A stretch of DNA of 63,915 bases, counting the filler, from Thermoplasmatota archaeon (lineage in GTDB: Archaea; Thermoplasmatota; E2; JACPAO01; JAHFTW01), in NCBI GenBank assembly GCA_041623215.1. It is 4 parts of 4 records of this genome, joined end to end, with 100 filler letters (N's around TTAATTAATTAA, not from the genome) between each part and the next. Parts side by side here need not be neighbours in the genome. Positions count along the whole stretch, not along the records: positions 35,323 to 52,073 come from JBFJXH010000031.1; positions 52,174 to 63,915 come from JBFJXH010000051.1; 2 more parts are not named here. One strand, given 5' to 3'. This document shows positions 50,520-59,487 of the stretch, piece after piece. The notes under the pieces were generated by a model. It ran no database searches. It worked only from the letters and a program-made list of their open reading frames with translations, and was not told where the DNA came from. Each line of letters starts with the position of its first letter. Within the stretch, counting starts at the first letter, position 1. Position numbers and translations under genes: made by a program.

Positions 50520-51755
50520 GTGACCCTTGCCGTCGTGCTGGCTGCTGGCCCCGGCACACGCCTTCGCCCTCTGACGCGCGACCGGCCAAAGAGCCTGCTT
50601 TGCGTCGCCGGCGAACCGATTCTCCACCACTTGCTTGGTGACTTGGCCCAAGCTGGCGTGGATGACGTCGTCCTAGTCGTCGGACACGGTCACCAGCGGA
50701 TGCGCGCCTATCTGGGGGACGGTACGCAGTATGGCCTCAGGCTCACCTACGTGCAACAAGACCGGCAACTTGGCCCCGGGCATGCCGCGGTGCAGGCGCG
50801 TGACGCCGTGCACGCTGCCCTTGTCTCCCTTGCTGCCGAGGGATCTGCGCCAGAGAGGGCCGCCCAAAGCACCGCCGCGGGCACCACATCGATCACGGTG
50901 GCATCCAATGGGGACGACGCAAGCTTCCTGCTGATTCCGGCGGATGCCTGGTACGGTCCGCAAGTGCTGCAACGGCTCGTTGCCACCAAAGGGCCGGCCA
51001 TCTTAGAAGTGGCCGACCTGCGAAGCGGGAGACACGGGACGCCAGTTCTGAAGGGCGACCGCGTCGTTGACCTTGAGGAAAGCATTGGCCCTGGAGATTC
51101 ACGCGTCAGCGGCGGTGCCTACCGGCTTCCGCTGAGCATTTTTTCCGGCATCGTTGCGCATGACCACAGCCTCCGAGATGCCATACGCGACGCGATTCGA
51201 AGCGGCAGCGGGTGGACGCGGGTCACAGCGGCCGACCAGGAATACGTGGACATCATCGAACCAGAGGACCTCCTGCACCTCCATCGTCTTCTGATGGAGT
51301 CAGTGCAAACCAGAGACGATGGCGCTCGGGAGCCAGGCGTCTACGTGCAAGGTGACGTTCACATCGGCGAAGGGACCATTCTCCACGCCGGCACGGTCGT
51401 GCAAGGTCCGGCCCACATTGGCAAGGATTGCAGCATCGGGCCCCACGCCGTCATTGGCCCTGGCACGAGCATCCGCAACCGAGTCCGCGTGGCCCCCTTC
51501 ACGTTCACCAATGATTGCAGCATTGCCAGCAACATCACCATTGGCAGTCACTGTCGAATTCGAGACGCCATCCTGGACAATGGTGTCGATTTGGGCAGTG
51601 GTAGCCGCGTCGAAGGGGCGGCCACGGTGGTCGGCAGCGATGCCGTCATCGGCAGTGACGTCCGCATCGAACCCGGCGCCAAAATAGGCCATGGCGCACG
51701 TGTAGCTGATGGACGCACGGTGGGCAATGTGCCCGACGACGGGGTGGCGGTCTAA
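50520..51755 (+). CDS. Bifunctional sugar-phosphate nucleotidyltransferase/acetyltransferase (archaeal GlmU-like)
   Basis: [16 protein letters not shown] and C-terminal hexapeptide repeats; directly upstream of glmS. Confidence 0.8.
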   Translation: MTLAVVLAAGPGTRLRPLTRDRPKSLLCVAGEPILHHLLGDLAQAGVDDVVLVVGHGHQRMRAYLGDGTQYGLRLTYVQQDRQLGPGHAAVQARDAVHAALVSLAAEGSAPERAAQSTAAGTTSITVASNGDDASFLLIPADAWYGPQVLQRLVATKGPAILEVADLRSGRHGTPVLKGDRVVDLEESIGPGDSRVSGGAYRLPLSIFSGIVAHDHSLRDAIRDAIRSGSGWTRVTAADQEYVDIIEPEDLLHLHRLLMESVQTRDDGAREPGVYVQGDVHIGEGTILHAGTVVQGPAHIGKDCSIGPHAVIGPGTSIRNRVRVAPFTFTNDCSIASNITIGSHCRIRDAILDNGVDLGSGSRVEGAATVVGSDAVIGSDVRIEPGAKIGHGARVADGRTVGNVPDDGVAV

Positions 51756-52073
51756 TGTGCGGCATTGTGGGTATCCATGGCCTTGTCGAGGCTAACCGGC
51801 ACGTCCGGGAAGGCTTGGCACGGCTCGAATACCGGGGCTATGACTCGGCCGGTATTGCGTGGCTGGACGAACACGGCGTCGAAGTCGTCAAGGCCGTCGG
51901 CCGCGTTAGTAACCTACCCGCCATCGACGCAACGGGCGACACCGTAGCCATCGGCCACACACGATGGGCCACGCACGGAGGTGTCACCGAGGAAAATGCC
52001 CATCCGCATCTTGATGGCACGGGGCACTTCGCGGTTGTGCACAACGGCACGCTAGAAGGCCACCACCGCCTCC
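51755..52073 (+). CDS. glmS: Glutamine-fructose-6-phosphate transaminase (truncated)
   Basis: [30 protein letters not shown]. Confidence 0.95.
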
Positions 52074-52173
52074 NNNNNNNNNNNNNNNNNNNNNNNNNNN
52101 NNNNNNNNNNNNNNNNNTTAATTAATTAANNNNNNNNNNNNNNNNNNNNNNNNNNNNNNNNNNNNNNNNNNNN
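52074..52173. other. Artificial contig linker
   Basis: N-run with TTAATTAATTAA. Confidence 0.98.
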
Positions 52174-52184
52174 CGTTCCCCTGC

Positions 52185-53366
52185 GTGGCTTCATTTTCTT
52201 GGCCCATGGCAACGCTGCTCGTGGCCCTCATTACCGTGGCAGCCGGCGGCCTTTGGTGGTTGGCGACCCGCTTCCACGACCACCTAGATGTGAAAGTTCG
52301 CAAAGCGCCCTGGACGCCACGACCTCCGCTTCGCATTGCGAACTTGTCGTTGTTTGGCACCGGCTGGATTCGCGGCCTTCTCCATGTCGCCAACAACGTT
52401 GCAGCCTTCCTTCTAAAGGCGCTGCTCGCCGCCATGTGGCTGTTGCTCGTCGTCCTTGTACTGCCCATTTGGGAGCAAGTGCCCGCCCGCGCCTGGTCGT
52501 TCGTCGCGGCCACGGTAAGGGCTCTCTGGCGCGGCTTTGTTGACTACCTACCAAACCTGGGTCAGATTATTGTCACCATCGCCGTTGTAGTGGTGATTCT
52601 CAAGGTGCTGCGGTGGCTTTTCGAGGAGGTCCGGCGCGGTAGAATCCGCCTAGGGCGATTTGACCCGACCTGGGCACGACAAACGTACGGCCTCGTTCGC
52701 TTCGCGGCCGTGGCCCTGACCGCCATCATGATTTTTCCCTTGCTGCCGGGCAGCGGCACGACCGGATTCCAGGGCATTGCCATTTTCGTTGGCGCCCTCG
52801 TTAGCATTGGAGCCAGCACGGCGGTCGGAAATGCCGTGGCCGGCATCGTCCTTACCTACACCAAGGCCATCCAACGGGGCGAGCGAGTTCGCATCAACGA
52901 GACGACGGGCGACGTGATTGCGCGTACCATGTTTGTAACCCGCCTGCGAACCATCCGGAACGAGGACATTGCAATTCCCAACCAATTGGTCCTGGCTGGA
53001 CCCATTATCAATTACAGCCGCGACTCCGGCGGCAGCGGCGTAGCCGTGGAGGTACGCATCGGCCTAGGCTACGATGTTCCCTGGCGGCGTGCCCATGAGT
53101 TACTGAAGGAAGCGACCGCCATAGAGGGCGTGCGCCAGGAGCCCGGGCCCACGGTCTTTCAGGAGGCCTTAGGGGACTTCGCCGTCGCATACACGTTGCA
53201 TGCGTTTATTCACGACCCGAAAACCATGGTTCAAACGCGCTCGCGCATCATGGAACGGATCATGGATTTGTTCTCCGAGGCCAACATCGAGATTGTGAGC
53301 CCGGACCACGTGGCCGTCCGAAATACGGGACCCGTCGGCGCGACCTCCGCCCATCTACAAACCTGA
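52185..53366 (+). CDS. mscS: Small-conductance mechanosensitive channel (possibly 5'-truncated)
   Basis: GNAVAGIVL, GERVRI...GDV, IPNQ, INYS, GLGYDVPW. Confidence 0.88.
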   Translation: MASFSWPMATLLVALITVAAGGLWWLATRFHDHLDVKVRKAPWTPRPPLRIANLSLFGTGWIRGLLHVANNVAAFLLKALLAAMWLLLVVLVLPIWEQVPARAWSFVAATVRALWRGFVDYLPNLGQIIVTIAVVVVILKVLRWLFEEVRRGRIRLGRFDPTWARQTYGLVRFAAVALTAIMIFPLLPGSGTTGFQGIAIFVGALVSIGASTAVGNAVAGIVLTYTKAIQRGERVRINETTGDVIARTMFVTRLRTIRNEDIAIPNQLVLAGPIINYSRDSGGSGVAVEVRIGLGYDVPWRRAHELLKEATAIEGVRQEPGPTVFQEALGDFAVAYTLHAFIHDPKTMVQTRSRIMERIMDLFSEANIEIVSPDHVAVRNTGPVGATSAHLQT

Positions 53367-53413
53367 ATACTGCGCCTCCACCAATGGCCAGTTCGGCACG
53401 TACACCGGTAAAG

Positions 53414-53484
53414 TGCGGGAGCCGGGATTTGAACCCGAGTTCGTGCCTTGGCAAGGCACGGTGATACCGCTACACTACTCCCGC
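53414..53484 (-). tRNA. tRNA-Gly(GCC)
   Basis: GCGGGAG acceptor pairs with CTCCCGC+A; anticodon arm GTGCC-TT-GCC-AA-GGCAC; T-loop GTTCAAATC; no encoded CCA. Confidence 0.96.
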
Positions 53485-53689
53485 GAATGGCTGCTCCCCC
53501 TGTTGAGGGGGCGCAGGCCGGCCGACCCGAGACCCATATTTGAGCGCACCGGTGGCGTCGGCGCCGTGGTGACTTTGCCCCTCAGCCCGCCCGTCTTGTC
53601 ATCACAAGTTCAGCGTTGGATTCATTCATCACAGGGGCAAGCTGCCGCAGGGCCGTGCCCCCTTTAACGCAGCCCTCCGTCGCCCACGT

Positions 53690-54313
53690 ATGAATCCGAT
53701 TCGCTTGCAGGGCATTCGCCTCGCGGACGGGACCGTTGCCGGGGCCAATCTACCGAGTTTAGCGGAGCGCGAGCCCCTGCCCGCCTGGCGCGAAGCCATC
53801 GAGGGCCGCCAATTGCCCCTGCTCGTCGTGAGCCCGCCGCCGCAAGGCCTGCGCGGCGTCCCTTTTGCGCATCTCAAGCGCTTGGCGGGCCTTGTTCCCG
53901 TATGGTCGGACGCGAGCCCCGAGGACCCCGAAGATGTCCTCGATTTGACCATGAGCGGACCGACCCGGATTCTCCTCTGGTGGCGGCACATAAAGGACGA
54001 CATGGACGCATGGCTGGACGGCTTGTACGGCACGGGACTACTCGGGGTAGACGCCGGCGACGAAGCGGACGTCGACGCAATTTTGGCTGCGGCGGCGAAC
54101 TTTGACTTGGACCTCGTCCTTCGCGGCAGCGCGGAAGCGATTGCCGCCGACGTTCCGGCCGACGACCACGCAGTGTTTGCCTGGCGCGAGGAGGAGGGAC
54201 CGTGGGGATTGGGACTCGAAGTTCTTGCCAGTCGCCCCAAGGCCGAGGAAGAAGACGAGGCAGAAGCCGAAGCGATGCCCGCCGTGCCCGAGGCCCCGCG
54301 TGCAATCCTCTGA
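53690..54313 (+). CDS. Hypothetical protein (possibly degenerate HisA-like barrel)
   Basis: Acidic, protein-like composition; TTTAA box at 53663-53667; precedes DUF2240. Confidence 0.55.
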   Translation: MNPIRLQGIRLADGTVAGANLPSLAEREPLPAWREAIEGRQLPLLVVSPPPQGLRGVPFAHLKRLAGLVPVWSDASPEDPEDVLDLTMSGPTRILLWWRHIKDDMDAWLDGLYGTGLLGVDAGDEADVDAILAAAANFDLDLVLRGSAEAIAADVPADDHAVFAWREEEGPWGLGLEVLASRPKAEEEDEAEAEAMPAVPEAPRAIL

Positions 54314-54797
54314 GACGGCCCTGCTCGCCACAACATTTGGCGCTGCGGCCCGACGCACCGGCCACCACGCATTGACCGCAGGCGCGTGGACCCACACCTT
54401 GAGCCTCGAGCTTGGGTGGATGCCGCCAGGCGACGCGCGGCGCTTTGTTGCCGCTGCCCAAGCAGCGGGCGTCCTTCGACCCAGCGACGAACAGTGGATT
54501 GTGGACAAAGGTACGGCGGTGCCGATTCCACGCGGTTTTCGGCCGGACCCTCGCCTACTATCGGCAACTGCTGACCTCGGGGCGCAGCTTGAAAACCCCC
54601 CCGGCAGGGAAGAAGAAACGACATCCGGCAGCCCAGTAGCCGACGCGATTGCAGCCAAGCAAGCGCTACTGGACGGACGACTCTCCGCCGAAGTGGCGGC
54701 CATCTGGGTGAGCCACGAGGAAGGCGATTCCACCGCGTCGACCCAGGCACGGGGCTGGCTGGACCAGGCACGCGCCCAAGCTCACGTCCACGCATAG
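54300..54797 (+). CDS. DUF2240-family protein
   Basis: TLSLELGWMPPGDARRFV, IPRGFRP, LSAEVAAI; start GTG 54300. Confidence 0.65.
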   Translation: MQSSETALLATTFGAAARRTGHHALTAGAWTHTLSLELGWMPPGDARRFVAAAQAAGVLRPSDEQWIVDKGTAVPIPRGFRPDPRLLSATADLGAQLENPPGREEETTSGSPVADAIAAKQALLDGRLSAEVAAIWVSHEEGDSTASTQARGWLDQARAQAHVHA

Positions 54798-55972
54798 ATG
54801 AGGATGGGTACCAGCAGACACCCAACGAGGTTGACGCGTCGAACCCCATAGATGAGCGGTAGGGCGCCGACCGCCGCCGCAACGGTGAACACAATGAGTC
54901 CCGGCCAGCCCGTGAACCACACAACCATGGCCACAAGGACCGAGAGCCCTAGGCTGGCCAACGTGCGGCTGGGGACGCGGTGGACGCGGCCGCGAATCAA
55001 TCGCTCTACGGCCAGCGTTCCCACGGCCCCGATAACGCCCGCGGCGAGGGCTACCGCCAGCACCAAGACCAGAAGGCGCGGCGGCGCGCCTGCCTGCCAC
55101 GATTCGATCGGCAGCGTGGCGACTGCCTGGGCCAGGCCAGTGCGCGCATGGGCCGTCATCCACAGAACCGGCATTGCGAGTGCGGCATGGGCGGTGTTGA
55201 CGGCGGACAACGTGGCAATGACGGATTCGGGCGACCGCTTCTTGCCGACGCTCGCGAGGGCCGTCGCGACAGCGGACGTGAGCCCGGGAAGCACCGCTGT
55301 CCAAAGGCTCGCCGCGACCCCTCGGGCCACGTCGTCGCGCACGCGACGCCGGCCGGGGGCAGGGCGTGCTTGGCACGGTAGCGCGGGCGCGGTTTGCAGG
55401 CTCCAAAGCAGGGTAGGAGCGCCGAACAGCCCGGATAAGAGCGGCAGCAGGGGTGATGCGCCATTCGGTAGGACCATCCCCAGCACGACCCAACCGAGCA
55501 GCCCCGCAAGCGCAAAGACACCGCCCGCCACCCACCGCCGGTGCCGCTGTGTGACAAGGAGCGCGATGACGACGCCGGCCATAATCCAGGGTGTTCCGCG
55601 TTCGAGCCACCTGAGCCCCTGACCTGGTTCCAGGAGGACCCATTTGTAAGGCAAAATGAGGGCTGCAGCGGCGACGAGTGCCGCAAGGCTCGCCACGACG
55701 CTGATGCGAATCGCAGCTGGCCCTTGGCCGGCCAACAGCAATTGGTGAGCCGGCAAAACACTGAGTGCCGTGTCTTCATCCGGCGCGCCAAGGTACGTGG
55801 AGGGCACAATGCCAACAAATGTGTGAACGGTGCCAATGGCAACGAGCGCGAGCATGCTGGCCTCACTGGGCGCCACGGTGGTCAGCATCACGACGGCAAT
55901 CGTGTTGACATGGAGCCCGGGAACAAGCCCCGTCGCCAAGCCGAGCGTGGCCCCTACGAGGGTGGCCATCAT
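54782..55972 (-). CDS. TctA-like (archaeal tripartite tricarboxylate transporter family) membrane protein
   Basis: TGLVPGLHVNT, HTFVGIVPSTYLGAPDEDTALSVLPAH, LLPLLSGLFG. Confidence 0.8.
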   Translation of the reverse strand: MMATLVGATLGLATGLVPGLHVNTIAVVMLTTVAPSEASMLALVAIGTVHTFVGIVPSTYLGAPDEDTALSVLPAHQLLLAGQGPAAIRISVVASLAALVAAAALILPYKWVLLEPGQGLRWLERGTPWIMAGVVIALLVTQRHRRWVAGGVFALAGLLGWVVLGMVLPNGASPLLPLLSGLFGAPTLLWSLQTAPALPCQARPAPGRRRVRDDVARGVAASLWTAVLPGLTSAVATALASVGKKRSPESVIATLSAVNTAHAALAMPVLWMTAHARTGLAQAVATLPIESWQAGAPPRLLVLVLAVALAAGVIGAVGTLAVERLIRGRVHRVPSRTLASLGLSVLVAMVVWFTGWPGLIVFTVAAAVGALPLIYGVRRVNLVGCLLVPILIYAWT

Positions 55973-56559
55973 CCATTCGATGCAACGCCTCCCTGTTGCG
56001 CCTGGCCCCCAGCGGAGTCAATCGAGGACGACGTGCGCAATTCGTAGCAAAGGCAAGAGGGCTCAAGCCAGATGACGCCATGGACCGGGCCGGGGCCTTG
56101 GTGGTTGCTCATGATGCGATACGGGCCGGAGGTTAGCCAGGTCCCGTCGCCGTGGCCATCTAGGCGAATCAAGTGACCGGCCCAATCGGTTGGGGCATTG
56201 GCCACTTGGGCCCAACTGGGCGTGGCCGGCGTGGCAAGAGGCGCTTGGATGTTGTCGGCGAACATCAGGAGCCCATCGTCAAGCCCGGCGAGACGCCCCG
56301 TGGCGGAGGCCGGACCTCCCAGATGGTAGGTGCCGGCTGGTGCCAGGACCGGGAGCACAACGTGGTCATCCGCGAGGTCCAACGCCAGCCGCTCACCGGC
56401 GGGCCGAATATCGATGATGGAGCCCGTGAGGATCACGCGGTGGCCTTCCCAGGCTCCTGCTTGGCTGGGCGTCACTTCCGGCAGGTCGCTGTTCTCGGCC
56501 CAGGCGGCGAGCCCCCCCGCCAAGAGGGCTGCGACCACGAAGGGGACCCAATCTGCCAT
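55969..56559 (-). CDS. Membrane-anchored OB-fold-like protein
   Basis: N-terminal TM helix, then two G.RV.L.G-type beta-rich repeats. Confidence 0.5.
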   Translation of the reverse strand: MADWVPFVVAALLAGGLAAWAENSDLPEVTPSQAGAWEGHRVILTGSIIDIRPAGERLALDLADDHVVLPVLAPAGTYHLGGPASATGRLAGLDDGLLMFADNIQAPLATPATPSWAQVANAPTDWAGHLIRLDGHGDGTWLTSGPYRIMSNHQGPGPVHGVIWLEPSCLCYELRTSSSIDSAGGQAQQGGVASNG

Positions 56560-56681
56560 GCCCACGCATGAACTGCCATATCTTGAGTGCGGTTGACCGG
56601 GTGCGGGCCCGTACTGGGTCGAACCTCGGCTCCTTGTGGCCGGTTGACCCCCACTGGCGCGCGGCCTTCCCGAATCCGCCA

Positions 56682-56894
56682 CTAGTCCATAGCTGGTTGA
56701 ATCCGCACCGCAATGCTCTCGGCCTTCCAGAACACCAGCAGCGCGGCCACGCCCAGCGGAATCAGGCCGACAATGTGTGCGATGTGCTCCTGCGGCTCAA
56801 GCAAGAACACCAGGCCCAAGCTAAGTGCAGGCCACGCGACGAAGGCCGCAATCCATCGCACGAGGTTGCGGACGTTGCGCTGTTCCTTGTCCAT
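56682..56894 (-). CDS. Small 2-TM protein, possible oxidase accessory subunit
   Basis: MDKEQRNVRNLVRWIAAFVAWPAL..., immediately downstream of subunit III. Confidence 0.5.
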   Translation of the reverse strand: MDKEQRNVRNLVRWIAAFVAWPALSLGLVFLLEPQEHIAHIVGLIPLGVAALLVFWKAESIAVRIQPAMD

Positions 56895-56907
56895 GATTCT
56901 CCCTTGG

Positions 56908-57723
56908 CTAGTGGCCGCCGGTAAAGGCGCCTTGGAAGTAGGGCACGATGTAGAACACCGTGAACACGAAGACCCACACAATGTCCACAAAGTGCCAATA
57001 CAGCGCTGCCGCGGAAGGCCCCACGTGGCGCTTTTCGTCGTATTGTCCCTTCATGCTGCGAATCAACACGATGACGAGGAAGATGGCGCCGCCAAAGACG
57101 TGCAGACCGTGCGTCCCGGTAATCATGTAGAAGCTGCTCATGAATTGGCTGCTGCCGAGCGTGGCACCTTCGTGGATGAGGGTGAGGTACTCGTCTACCT
57201 GACCGTACAGGAAAATGCCGCCAAGGACAATTGTCGCGGCCCACCACTGGTGGAAGCCCTTCTTGTCACCGGCGTGCAGGCGCTTTTCCGCTTGGTGAAC
57301 GGTAGCGCTTGAGGCAAACAGGAACAGGCTGAAAATACCGGTCTTGACGACGGGCAGGTGGACGGGGGCATCCGGCCAATGGTCCGCCATGCGCATGAAG
57401 GCGAAGTAGGCCGAAAACAGGCCGCCGAAGATGAACACCTCAGACGAAATGAACAACTTGAGGCCACTCATCGCAATGCCGGGGCCGGTGCCAATGTCCT
57501 CCTTCCACCATTGAAAGTCCTCCTTGACCCAACTAATGATGACAGCCACCAGCAAGGCTAGGCCGGGAATGACCAAGATGGGGAATACCACGCCCAGGCC
57601 CACGACGGCGATGGCCATGGCAAGCCAGAAGGGGTTCCAGCTACCGTGTGGCAGGTGCAAGTGGTGCTCGTCGTCATGCGATGGGTGGCCGGCGTGGCCA
57701 GCGGCGGTTTCAGGCGGGCTCAT
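56908..57723 (-). CDS. coxC: Heme-copper oxidase subunit III
   Basis: LFISSEVFIF, FYMITGTHGLHV, LYWHFVDIVW. Confidence 0.93.
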   Translation of the reverse strand: MSPPETAAGHAGHPSHDDEHHLHLPHGSWNPFWLAMAIAVVGLGVVFPILVIPGLALLVAVIISWVKEDFQWWKEDIGTGPGIAMSGLKLFISSEVFIFGGLFSAYFAFMRMADHWPDAPVHLPVVKTGIFSLFLFASSATVHQAEKRLHAGDKKGFHQWWAATIVLGGIFLYGQVDEYLTLIHEGATLGSSQFMSSFYMITGTHGLHVFGGAIFLVIVLIRSMKGQYDEKRHVGPSAAALYWHFVDIVWVFVFTVFYIVPYFQGAFTGGH

Positions 57724-59351
57724 TGGTCGGCCTCCTCGCGGGCAGCTTGTTCTTGCAACGTCATGGGATCGTGGTCCACAATCAGGCCTTCACCGTGCAC
57801 GACGCGGCCTTCCTCCCACAGTTTCCATTCAACCCGTCGGTCGCCACCCCAGGGGTCTTCGGTGACCTTGTCACCGTTCATGTGCGTCCACATGACGTTG
57901 ATGAGGAAGACCAAGATGCTGGCCGCAATCATGAAGGCGCCCACGGTGGACAATTGGTTAAGGAACGTTAGCTCCGGCAGGTAGTCGTAGTACCGGCGCG
58001 GCATGCCTTGCAGCCCAAGGATGAACTGCGGGAAGAACGTCAAGTTGAACCCGACGAACATGGTCCAGAAATGCAGCGTGGCCATCCCTTCGTGGTACAT
58101 GCGGCGCTGGAAGAAGAACGGGTACCAGTAGTACATGGCTGCGAAGATGCCGAACACGGCCCCGCCCACCATGGTGTAGTGGAAGTGGCCGACGACGAAG
58201 TAGGAGTCGTGCAGCGCATAGTCAACCGGAATCGAGCCCAGCATGACCCCGGTCACGCCGCCAATCACGAACAGCCAGATGAAGCCCAGGCACATCTTCA
58301 TGGGGGCATCAAAGTGAATCTTGCCACCCCACATGGTTGCCAGCCAGTTGAACACCTTGATGCCGGTTGGAACACCGACGAGCATGGTGTTGAACATGAA
58401 CACGGCGCGGATGCGGGGGTCAATACCGGTCGTGAACATGTGGTGCGCCCACACCAAGAAACCCACGATGGCGATGCCGAACATGGCGTACGCCATGGAC
58501 TTGTAGCCAAACACCGGGCGGCGGCTAAACTTGGGGATAATCTCGTTGAGAATACCCATTGCAGGCAGAATGAGGACGTACACTTCGGGGTGGCCGAAGA
58601 ACCAGAACAAGTGCTGGTAGAGAATGGGGTCCGAGCCAGCGCCGGTGAAGAAATGGGTGCCAAAGTTGCGGTCGAATAGCACCATGGCAAAGGCGACCGT
58701 GACGACGGGGAGGCTGTACAGCAGCAGGACGCTCGTGGCCAGTTGCGCCCAAACGAAGAGCGGCATGTCGTGGAGCGTGATGTCCTTGGCCCGCATCTTG
58801 AAGATGGTGACCATGAAGTTGACGGAACCGAAGGTGGAGGCAAGCCCCAGCAAGATGAGGCTCAGAACCCAGAAGTCCAACCCGTAATTGGTGCCGAAGT
58901 CGGCCGTTGAGTGGGGCGGATAGCCAACCCACGTGACGTTGACTGCCGTAATGCCCTTGATGAGCAACGGCACCCAGAGGAGAATGAGTGCGGGGGGAAT
59001 GAGCCAGATGGACAGCGCATTAATGCGGGGGAACGCCATGTCCGGCGCTTTGACCATGATGGGAACGAAGTAGTTCCCGAAGCCGGCAAAAGCAGGCATA
59101 ATCCACAGGAACACCATGGTGGTTCCGTGCAGGCTGAAGAATTCACTGAACGCTTCGCCGTCCACGACCGTCGCCCCGGGGAGCCACAATTCAGCGCGCA
59201 AGACCAGGGCGGCGACGCCACCCAAGATGAAGCTGATGAAACCCACCCAGAGGTAGATGAGGCCGATTTCCTTGTGGTCAGTCGTGGTAAGCCAGCGCGT
59301 GAGACCGCGGCGCTTGTGGCCACCTTCGGAAAGGACATAGTCCGATGCCAT
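57720..59351 (-). CDS. coxA: Heme-copper oxidase subunit I, A1 type
   Basis: TTDHKEIG, HGTTM, DMAFPRIN, WFFGHPEVY, WAHHM, HFHY, GMPRRY. Confidence 0.97.
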   Translation of the reverse strand: MASDYVLSEGGHKRRGLTRWLTTTDHKEIGLIYLWVGFISFILGGVAALVLRAELWLPGATVVDGEAFSEFFSLHGTTMVFLWIMPAFAGFGNYFVPIMVKAPDMAFPRINALSIWLIPPALILLWVPLLIKGITAVNVTWVGYPPHSTADFGTNYGLDFWVLSLILLGLASTFGSVNFMVTIFKMRAKDITLHDMPLFVWAQLATSVLLLYSLPVVTVAFAMVLFDRNFGTHFFTGAGSDPILYQHLFWFFGHPEVYVLILPAMGILNEIIPKFSRRPVFGYKSMAYAMFGIAIVGFLVWAHHMFTTGIDPRIRAVFMFNTMLVGVPTGIKVFNWLATMWGGKIHFDAPMKMCLGFIWLFVIGGVTGVMLGSIPVDYALHDSYFVVGHFHYTMVGGAVFGIFAAMYYWYPFFFQRRMYHEGMATLHFWTMFVGFNLTFFPQFILGLQGMPRRYYDYLPELTFLNQLSTVGAFMIAASILVFLINVMWTHMNGDKVTEDPWGGDRRVEWKLWEEGRVVHGEGLIVDHDPMTLQEQAAREEADQ

Positions 59352-59487
59352 GGACGGGCCGCGCGACGGAGGCGGCCGTAAAAAGGGTGGGGTTAGCAGG
59401 CTGGGGCTGGCTCGGGCTCACAAGCTCCGCCTGGACCACGCCGTTTCCTCGCAGCCCTTTTATCCATCGGCCCGTCGTCGCCGCCCC

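Noticed and set aside
17803..52173. Three TTAATTAATTAA motifs within N-runs as repeats or mobile-element ends
   Set aside because: Standard artificial contig linkers; ORFs ending in ...LIN are artefacts and cross-linker adjacency is not biological
53366..53700. tRNA-Gly as an integration site for a mobile element
   Set aside because: No integrase, no duplicated tRNA 3' end, and flanking genes are housekeeping-like
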